Shown here: piece after piece, positions 54,702 to 64,000 of the stretch
Position numbering within the stretch: the stretch's first letter is position 1
Layout of the letters: the number at the start of each line of letters is the position of its first letter
Assembly: GCA_963727485.1 (NCBI GenBank)
Contig: CAVSGM010000002.1
Coordinates: 320,001-384,000, forward strand
Length of the DNA stretch: 64,000 bases
Source of the DNA: an uncultured delta proteobacterium
GTDB taxonomy: Bacteria; Myxococcota; Myxococcia; SLRQ01
Reading direction: 5' to 3'
Program-made: the position numbers and the translations under genes
Notes under the pieces: model-generated
The model's database searches: none
What the model saw: only the letters and a program-made list of their open reading frames with translations
What the model was told of the DNA's origin: nothing

Positions 54702-55694
54702 ATGCCCCATCCCCACATCCTGGTGACCGCCCCCCTCGAGCCCGAGATGCGCCAGATCGTCGAGGACCGCCTCGGCGACCGCGGGCCCCTGACCTTCCTG
54801 GCGGCCCTCGCCCCCGACGAGCGCCTCGAGGCCGTCCGCCGGGCCACGGTGGTCCTCGCCTGGCAGCCCGCCAAGGAGCTCACCGATGAAGAGCTGGCGG
54901 CCCTCGGCGAGGCCCGGTTCATGCAGCTGCTCTCCGCCGGCGCCGACCACCTGCCCCTGGACCGGCTGCCGGCGTCGCTCACCGTCGCCTCCAACGTCGG
55001 GGCCTACGCCGAGCCCATGGCCGAGCACGTGGTGGCCATGACCCTGGCGCTGATGAAGGACCTGGTCCCGGGGCACGAGAAGCTCGCCCGTGCCGAGTTC
55101 GACCAGTGGACGCCCCGGCGGCGGCTGCACGGCGCCAAGGTCGCCATCCTCGGCTTCGGGGGCATCGGCAAGGCCACCGCGCGGCTGATGCGGCCCTTCG
55201 GCGTGGAACTCCTGGCGGTGAACACCTCGGGCGAGACCGACGAGGACGTGGCCTTCTGCGGGACCCTCGACGACCTGGAGCCCGTCCTCGACCGAGCCGA
55301 CGTGGTCGTGGTCGCCCTGCCGCTGACCCGGGACACCGACGGTCTCTTCGACGCCCGCCGCCTCGGGTGGCTCAAGGACGAGACCGTCATCGTCAACGTG
55401 GCCCGGGGCGCCATCTTCGACCAGGGCGCCCTCTACGCCCACCTGAAGGCCCACCCGGGGGTGCTCGCCGGCCTCGACGCCTGGTGGGTCGAGCCCTTCG
55501 GCGCCGGGCGCTTCGAGCTGACGCATCCGTTCTTCGAGCTGCCCAACGTGCTGGGGTCGCCCCACAGCTCGGCCATCGTGCCCGGGGCGCTCACCGAGGC
55601 CGCCGGCATCGCCGCGGACAACGTGCTCCGGTTCCTCGACGGCGAGCGGCCCCATGGCGTGGTCGACCGGGCCACGGCGCTCCCGAGCGGGTAG
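54702..55694 (+). CDS. D-isomer-specific 2-hydroxyacid dehydrogenase
   Basis: [42 protein letters not shown]. Confidence 0.92.
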   Translation: MPHPHILVTAPLEPEMRQIVEDRLGDRGPLTFLAALAPDERLEAVRRATVVLAWQPAKELTDEELAALGEARFMQLLSAGADHLPLDRLPASLTVASNVGAYAEPMAEHVVAMTLALMKDLVPGHEKLARAEFDQWTPRRRLHGAKVAILGFGGIGKATARLMRPFGVELLAVNTSGETDEDVAFCGTLDDLEPVLDRADVVVVALPLTRDTDGLFDARRLGWLKDETVIVNVARGAIFDQGALYAHLKAHPGVLAGLDAWWVEPFGAGRFELTHPFFELPNVLGSPHSSAIVPGALTEAAGIAADNVLRFLDGERPHGVVDRATALPSG

Positions 55695-55721
55695 GCGATC
55701 GCGCCTCCCCCGGTGCAGGCG

Positions 55722-56405
55722 TCAGTCCAGGTACTCGAGGAACCGCGCCTGGAGCAGCTTGAGGCCCCGGCCCGGGAAGTCGACCTTCACCTTGCGGTTC
55801 TCGCCCTTGCCGATCTCCTGGAGCACCTTCCCCTCGCCGAAGGTCCGGTGGCGCACCCGGCGGCCGGGGGCGCTCTCGGGCAGCGGCCGCACCAGCCGCG
55901 GGCGGAAGGTGGACACCAGGGCCGGGTCGAACTCGGGCACCAGCGACTGGACACGCACGGCCTCGATGGCCGCGTCGAGGAACGCCGGCAGCGTGGTCTT
56001 GGAGAGCGACCGGTCGGCGGCGTCGTAGCGCTGGAGGCGCAGCTCGGCCTCCGGGGGCGCGCCCTTCTCCAGGCAGTGGAAGACCATGCCCGCCCGGGCC
56101 ACGGCCACCAGATCGCCGCGCGCCCCGAGCGCCCGGGCGGCGCCGGTGTGGCCCACCACCCCCGGGAGGGTCATGCCCTGCTCGGCCTGGAGCCAGGGAA
56201 CCCCGGCGGCAAGGACCGCGAGGAGGGCGTCGGGCAGCCGCATCCCCACGGCGTTCTCGGCGTCGCGGACCGCGTCGACCCCGAGCTCCGGGAGGGCGTC
56301 GACCACCTGGAGGAAGCGCAGGTGCGCCAGCCGCGTCCGGAGCGCCTCGTCGACGGAGAGCTCTCCGGCCTGGCGCGCGTCACCGCCCACGCGACCGACG
56401 CCCAC
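55722..56405 (-). CDS. Hypothetical protein with C-terminal PcrA/UvrD-type Tudor-like domain (start uncertain)
   Basis: GRRVRHRTFGEGKVL...KVKVDFPGRGLKLL. Confidence 0.65.
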   Translation of the reverse strand: MGVGRVGGDARQAGELSVDEALRTRLAHLRFLQVVDALPELGVDAVRDAENAVGMRLPDALLAVLAAGVPWLQAEQGMTLPGVVGHTGAARALGARGDLVAVARAGMVFHCLEKGAPPEAELRLQRYDAADRSLSKTTLPAFLDAAIEAVRVQSLVPEFDPALVSTFRPRLVRPLPESAPGRRVRHRTFGEGKVLQEIGKGENRKVKVDFPGRGLKLLQARFLEYLD

Positions 56406-58081
<1,676 letters not shown>

Positions 58082-58085
<4 letters not shown>

Positions 58086-59231
58086 CGGCTGGCCTCCTGG
58101 AGGATCTTGCGGGCGATGACCACGCGCTGGATCTCGCTGGTGCCCTCGTAGATGGTGGTCACGCGCACGTCCCGGAGGTAGCGCTCCACCGGGAACTCGT
58201 CCACGTAACCATAGCCCCCGTGGATCTGCACCGCCTCCAGGCACGCCCGGTTGGCGGCCTCGGAGGCGAAGAGCTTGGCCATGGAGGCCTCGCGGGTGAA
58301 CGGCCTGCCCTGCTCCTTGAGCCAGGCGGCGCGAAGCGCCATGAGGCGCGCGGCGTCGAGCTCGGTGGCCATGTCCGCGAGCTTCCACTGGATGGCCTGG
58401 AAGTCGGCGATGGGGTGGCCGAAGGCCTGGCGCTCCTGCGCGTACTGCGTCGCCGCCTCGAGCGCCGCCCGGCCGATGCCCAGCGCCAGGGACGAGATGC
58501 CCACGCGCCCGCCGTCGAGGGCCATCATGGCGATCTTGAAGCCCGCCCCCGAGCTCGCCGAGGAGCGCGTCCTCGGGGACCTCGCAGTCGTCGAAGGCGA
58601 CGCTGGTGGTGGGGCTGCCCCGCTGCCCCATCTTCTCCTCGGGCTTGCCGGGGATGAGGCCCTTGGTCCCGCCGGGGACCAGAAAGGCGCTCACGCCCTT
58701 GGGCCCCGCCTCCCCGGTGCGCGCCCAGACCACGTAGACCCCGGCCCGGTCCCCGCAGGAGATCCACATCTTCTCCCCGTTGAGGACCCACCTGTCGCCC
58801 TGCTTCACCGCCTTGGTGGTCAGGCCCCCGGCGTCGGATCCGACCTTGGGCTCGGAGAGGGCGAAGGCGCCGCCGTCGAACTCGCCGCGGGTGAGCCCGG
58901 GGATGTAGCGCTGCTTCTGGGCCTCGGTGCCGAAGAAGTTGATGACCTCGCCGACCATGTTGGTCACCGCCATGGTCACCGCGGTGGCGGCGCAGGCGGC
59001 GGCGACCTCGGTCATGGCCAGGCTGTAGCTGACCACGCCGGCCTCGGCGCCCCCGTAGGCCTCCGGGAGGTTCACCCCCAAGAGGCCCACCTCGGCCAGG
59101 GCCTTCACCTGCTCGGCGGGGAAGGCGTGGGTGCGGTCGGTCTCGGCGGCCCGGGGGGCGAGGACCTCCTGGGCCACCCGCCGGGCCGTGTCCTGGACCA
59201 TCTGCTGCGTCTCGGTGAGGCCAAAGTCCAT
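58082..59231 (-). CDS. Acyl-CoA dehydrogenase (frameshift ~58545)
   Basis: [47 protein letters not shown]. Confidence 0.93.
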
Positions 59232-59418
59232 GGGGCGCTCCGGGGTGGGAATGCGGGGGCATTCATAGCCTCCCGGGGGGCCGGGAACAAGCAGGGGCCG
59301 CCCCGGCGCGCGTTGCGGACCCCGGCGACACCCCTCCGGTGACGAGCCGTCCCACCCACGGACCAGCCGCCTGGGTGTCGTCGCCTTCGCCCTCTCGGTG
59401 TGGCCCTGCGTACCGCCG

Positions 59419-61039
59419 CTAGTACACCCAGGTCTGGAAGTTGATGTCCGCGCCGCCGGTGCCCCGGGCAGTTGGGACCGAAGCTGGTGCACCCGCTTCG
59501 GGTACGGCGTTGCCTCGGAGCTCGTTGATGGTCCCGCAGACCCGGGTGAACTTCAGCGTGTAGATCTGGCCGGCCTGCTGGGGGATGGTCGACGTTGCGG
59601 TCCACGAGGAAGAGGCCGGGCGATGGTGCCGCAGGCCTGCACCGCAGGCAGCGGTCGTCAGCTGGGCGTCCCGCCGGCGCCCCTGCCGGCGAAGACCTCG
59701 AGGCTGAAGGTGGCGCAGCCGCCCCGAGCCCGGCCCAGAAGCCACCGGCCCAGATGACCGCGCTTCCCTGCCATGTAGGTCTGGATGGCGCTGTTACCCA
59801 GGCGACCCGCTGTTGGCTCCGACGCCGTGTAGGGGCACCGACTGGTCCAGGGTGCCGGCGGCGGCGGCAGGTGCCCGTGGAAGCACGACTCGGCTGGGTC
59901 GGGCAGGCGTTGCCGCAGGCCCCGCAGTGGTCGCGTCGTTGTTCGGCGTCGATCTCGCAGCCGTCGCTCGGGTCGCCGTTGCAGTCGCCGTAGTCCGCGG
60001 GCACAGGTGCCGAGACAGTGGCCGGCGGTGCAGCGGTCCGCCGTGGCGTTGGCGCCAACCGAGCAGATGGTCCCGCAGCATGCCGCAGTTGTTCGAGTCG
60101 GTCTGGCCGTCGACCTCGCAGCCGTCGGTGGCTTGGCCGTTGCAGTCGAGGTAGCCGGTGTGGCAGGACAGGCCGCAGCTGCCGGCGGTGCGCAGGCCGC
60201 CGAGGCGTTGGTCGCCGTGGCGCAGCATGTTGCTGCAGGCGGTGCAGCGGTGGTCCGGCTGGTAGGGGCTGCCTCGCAGCCGTCGGTGCGGACTGTGTTG
60301 CAGTCCCCGAGGCCCGGGTCACAGGCGATAGCGGCAGCTGCCGCCGCTGCAGGTCCGGCGTCGAGCTCGGCGCCGCGGGGCAGGCGTTGCCACAGGTGCC
60401 GCAGTTGTTGGGTCGTGGGTCGGTGTGCACCTCGCAGCCGTCGCTGGGGTCGCCGTTGCAGTCGGCGTGGCCGCTGTCGCAAGCGACGCCGCAGGCCCGT
60501 TGGTGCACTCGCCCACCTGGCCCGGCCCGGCCTGGCAGACGTTGCCGCAGGCGCCGCAGTTGTCCGGGTCGCCGGCGATGTCGGTCTCGCAGCCGTCGGC
60601 GTGCGGATCGACGTTGCAGTCGGCGAAGCCGTCGGCGCAGAGGTAGGTGCACTTGCCGGCGGTGCAGGCCCCGACGCCGTTGTTCGGGGCGTCACAGGCG
60701 GTGCCGCAGGCGCCGCAGTTCGCCGGGTCGTTGGCGGTGTCCCGGCAGTGGTCGGTGCCGTCGGTGGCGGTGCACCGGGTCAGGTCCGGGCCGCAGGTGG
60801 CTGCCGCAGGTGCCGCCGGCGCAGACCTCCCCGTCGGCGCAGGCGTTGCCGCAGGCTGCCGCAGTTGGCGTTGTCGGTCTGCACGTCCACGCAGGTGCCC
60901 CCACAGACCTTCGAGGGGCTCTGGCAGCGATCGGCGACGGGGGTGCCGCCGTCGCTGCCGCGGCGCCGCTGCCGCCGCTGCAGGCGGCGAGCGAGAGGGA
61001 CAGGAGGGCGAAGGCGCCGAGGTACCGAACCGTTCGCAT
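59419..61039 (-). CDS. Cys-rich repeat lipoprotein, paralog 3 (many frameshifts)
   Basis: Lipobox LAAC; DPxNCGACGxxC and DCNxxxxDGCE repeats; ends INFQTWVY*. Confidence 0.75.
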
Positions 61040-61084
61040 CGTCGTGGTCTCCGGGGTGGGGGTCCGAGTTGAGCGGCGCATGCC

Positions 61085-62704
61085 CTAGCGCACCCAGGTC
61101 TGGAAGATCACGTCGTAGGGGGAGTTGCGCGGGGCAGCTGAACCCGCCCTGGCCGCGCACCCGTTGGCGATAGGCGTTGGCGTACGAGGTGGCGATGTAC
61201 CCGCTGACGCGGACGAAGTTGAGGGTGTAGGTCTGCCCGGCCTGCTGGGGAATGGGGACGGAGAGGGGCACGTGGAAGAGACCCGGCGTGGTCGTTGCAG
61301 GCTTGGAGCGCAGGCCAGGGTTCGCGAGCTTCGTCCGCCCGGTGCCGGCGCCGGCGTAGACCTCGAGGCTGTAGGTGGCGCAGCCGCTGCCGAGCCCCGC
61401 CCAGAGGCCGACCTGGCCCAGGTTGCCGGTCATCCCGGCCACGTAGGTCTGGTAGATGTGTTCAGGTAGCCGGTCGCGGCCTTGTCCGCCGCGTTGTAGG
61501 GGTACGACTGGTCCAGGGTCCCCGCCGGCGCCGGCGTGCAGCTCCCCGACGAGCAGAGGTAGCCATAGCTGCAGGCGTTGCCGCAGGTGCCGCAGTTGGC
61601 GACGTCGGTGTTCGAGCTCGCTCTCGCAGCCGTCGGCGGGGTCGGCGTTGCAGTCCGCGTACCCCGCGGCACAGGTGCTGACGCACTGGCCGGCGGTGCA
61701 GGCTGTCCGCCGTGGCGTTGGCGCCAACCGAGCAGATGGTCCCGCAGGCCCCGCAGTTGTTCGGTCGTCGGTCTGGCCGTCGATCTCGCAGCCGTCGGCG
61801 GCGTTGCCCGTTGCAGTCGAGGTAGCCGGTGCGCAGGAGAGGCCGCAGCCGATGTTGGCGAGGCACGTCGCCGAGGCATTGGTCGCCGCGGAGCAGCTGT
61901 CGCTGCAGGCGGTGCAGTCGGAGACGGTGCCCAGCGGCACCTCGCAGCCGTCGGTGGCGATGCCGTTGCAGTCCGCGAAGCCGGTATCGCAGGGGGCGCG
62001 TGCAGGGGCCGGCGCTGCACGCGGGGGTCTGGTTGGGACCCCGGCGGTGCAGGTCGTGCCGCAGGCGCCGCAGTTGTCCGGGTCGGTGGCGGTGTCCACC
62101 TCGCAGCCGTCGGCAGGGTCCCCGTCGCAGTCGGCGTAGCCCGGGGCGCAGGTGACCCCGCAGGTGCCCCTGGGTGCACGTGCCCACCTGGCCCGGGCCC
62201 GGTCGGGACAGACGTGGCCACAGGCGCCGCAGTTGTCCGGATCGTTGCGATGTCGGTCTCGCAGCCGTCGGCGGCTGGAGACGTCACAGTCGGCGTAGCC
62301 GACGGCGCAGAGGTAGACGCACTGGCCGCTGGCGCAGGCGCGGGTCGGCGTTCGCCGGGGCGGTGCAGGCGTTGCCGCAGGCGCCGCAGTTCGCCGGGTC
62401 GACGGCGGTGTCGCGGCAGTGGTCCGTCCCGTCGGTGGCGGTGCAGCGGTTCAGGTCCGGTGCCGCAGGTGGTGCCGCATTGGCCGTCGGCGCAGACCTC
62501 GCCGTCGGCGCAGGCGTTGCCGCAGGCGCCGCAGTTCGCCTCGTCGGTGCGCGGGTCCACGCAAGTGCCCCCACACACCTTCGAGGGGCTCTGGCAGTGG
62601 TCCGTGACCGGGGTGCCGCCGTCCGTGCCGCCGGCACGACCACCGCACGCAGCGAATCGCAGGGACAGAAGGGCGCAGACAGAAAGGTAGCGTACCGAGT
62701 GCAT
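61085..62704 (-). CDS. Cys-rich repeat lipoprotein, paralog 2 (many frameshifts)
   Basis: Lipobox FAAC; same repeats; LDQS...YQTYVAG...IFQTWVR*. Confidence 0.75.
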
Positions 62705-62915
62705 CGCTCGGGTCTCCGGTGGTGTGGGTTCAGAGGTGTGCGGTCACGTGGAGCTGGAGACCGGATCGCGACGGCGTATGCGGGCCAGTCGGCCACACAT
62801 TCCGTTTCCTGACAAGGATCAGGAATTGCGGCTCGACCGCGTGTCGCGCGGGTGCGAGACATGTGGGCACGTAGCGTCCCCAAGTTCTCCCCCCGATGCC
62901 GCCGCGGCGCCGCCG

Positions 62916-64000
62916 CTAGTACACCCAGGTCTCGAAGTCGAGGTCCGTGGGCCCGGTCCCCGGGCACTGGGGGCCGGCGTCGCTGCAGCCGTTCGGGTAC
63001 GGGTTGCCGTAGTCGGCGGCCATGCTCCCCGGAGACCCGGGTGAACCGGAGGGTGTAGGTCTGCCCCGCCGTCTGGGGGACCACCCAGGCGTTGCGGTCC
63101 ACCTTGAAGATGCCCGGGGTCGACCCGCAGGCCTTCACGGCGGCGCCGGTGTAGATCGGGGCGCCGGACGAGGGCACTCCGGCGCCCGCCCAGACATCCA
63201 GCTTGAAGGTGCCGCAGCCGCCGAGCCCGCCCCAGAAGGCCACGCCCCCGAGGTGCCCGGTCTTGCCCGCGACGTAGGTCTGGAAGTGGGTCGCGGGGAT
63301 CCCCTCGCGCGTGGTGCTCGAGGGGTTGGGGGGCACCGACTGGTCCAGGGCACCGAAGGCCGAGCAGGTGCCCTGGAGGCAGGAGGTGGTGCCCGCGCAG
63401 ACGGTGCCACAGGTCCCGCAGTTGGCGTTGTCGCCCCAGGAGTCCACCTCGCAGCCGGTGGACGCCTTGCCGTCGCAGTCGATGTAGTTGCCGCCGGGGT
63501 TGCACACGGCGGCGCAGGTGCCGCCGTTGCAGGTGGCGCCGGTGGCCGCGAACCCGACGGGGCAGGCGTTGCCGCAGGTGCCGCAGTTGTTGACGTCGGT
63601 CTGGGTGTCCACCTCGCAGCCGTCGCTGGGGTCGGTGTTGCAGTCGGCGTAGCCGGGGTCGCAGGCGAAGCCGCACTGGGCCGGCGCGGTGCAGGTGGGC
63701 GCGGCGTTGGTCACCGCCGGGCAGCTGGCCCCGCAGGCGCCGCAGTCGGCCGGGGAGTCGAGGGTGTTCTCGCAGCCGTCGGTGGGGTCGTTGTTGCAGT
63801 CCCCGTGGCCCGTGAGGCACTGGATGCCGCAGTGGCCCCCGGCGCAGGTCGCGGTGTCGGTGGCGTCGCTGGGGCAGGCGTTCGCGCACGCCCCGCAGTT
63901 GCCCACGTCGGTGGAGATGTCCACCTCGCAGCCGTCGCTGGGGTCCGCGTTGCAGTCGGCGTGGCTGGCGTCACAGGCGACGCCGCAGACGCCGGCCGAG
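62916..64000 (-). CDS. Cys-rich repeat protein, paralog 1 (5' end outside window; frameshift ~63025)
   Basis: NCGACANAC and DCNxDPSDGCE repeats; LDQS...FQTYVAG...DFETWVY*. Confidence 0.8.

Noticed and set aside
59419..64000. Diversity-generating retroelement acting on the Cys-rich genes
   Set aside because: No reverse transcriptase in the window, and differences between copies are not adenine-specific.

Overview
Very GC-rich bacterial chromosome segment. Gene content (TIGR02266/PilZ proteins, a PilZ-Hsp70 fusion, MshEN/GspE-N proteins, Cys-rich CGxCGxxC repeat lipoproteins) points to Myxococcota/Deltaproteobacteria; this is an inference. Positions 1-21.6 kb are mostly + strand housekeeping genes: infC-rpmI-rplT-pheST, lgt-like, ihfA-merR, tRNA-Pro, surE, apt, tRNA-Arg, cca, mnmA, rnc, era, der, yfgM-bamB, mutT. 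A clear XerCD dif site lies at 22270-22297, and coding then switches mainly to the - strand, so the window probably spans the replication terminus. The right part holds guaA/guaB, miaB, a ParA-PilZ-PilZ-VWA cluster, acetoacetate/leucine-type acyl-CoA catabolism with a split B12 mutase carrying isobutyryl-CoA-mutase-type residues, and a tandem array of Cys-rich lipoproteins. About 13 genes, several essential, carry single-base frameshifts that are most likely long-read consensus errors. Many of these, plus many C>T changes, fall on GATC, hinting at GATC cytosine modification. The most unusual signals are an oriC-like DnaA-box cluster only about 11 kb from dif, the orphan ParA-PilZ module, a 38-bp-period palindrome array, a His-less pseudokinase and the ICM-type mutase. 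No integrase, transposase, phage or CRISPR-cas genes were seen.
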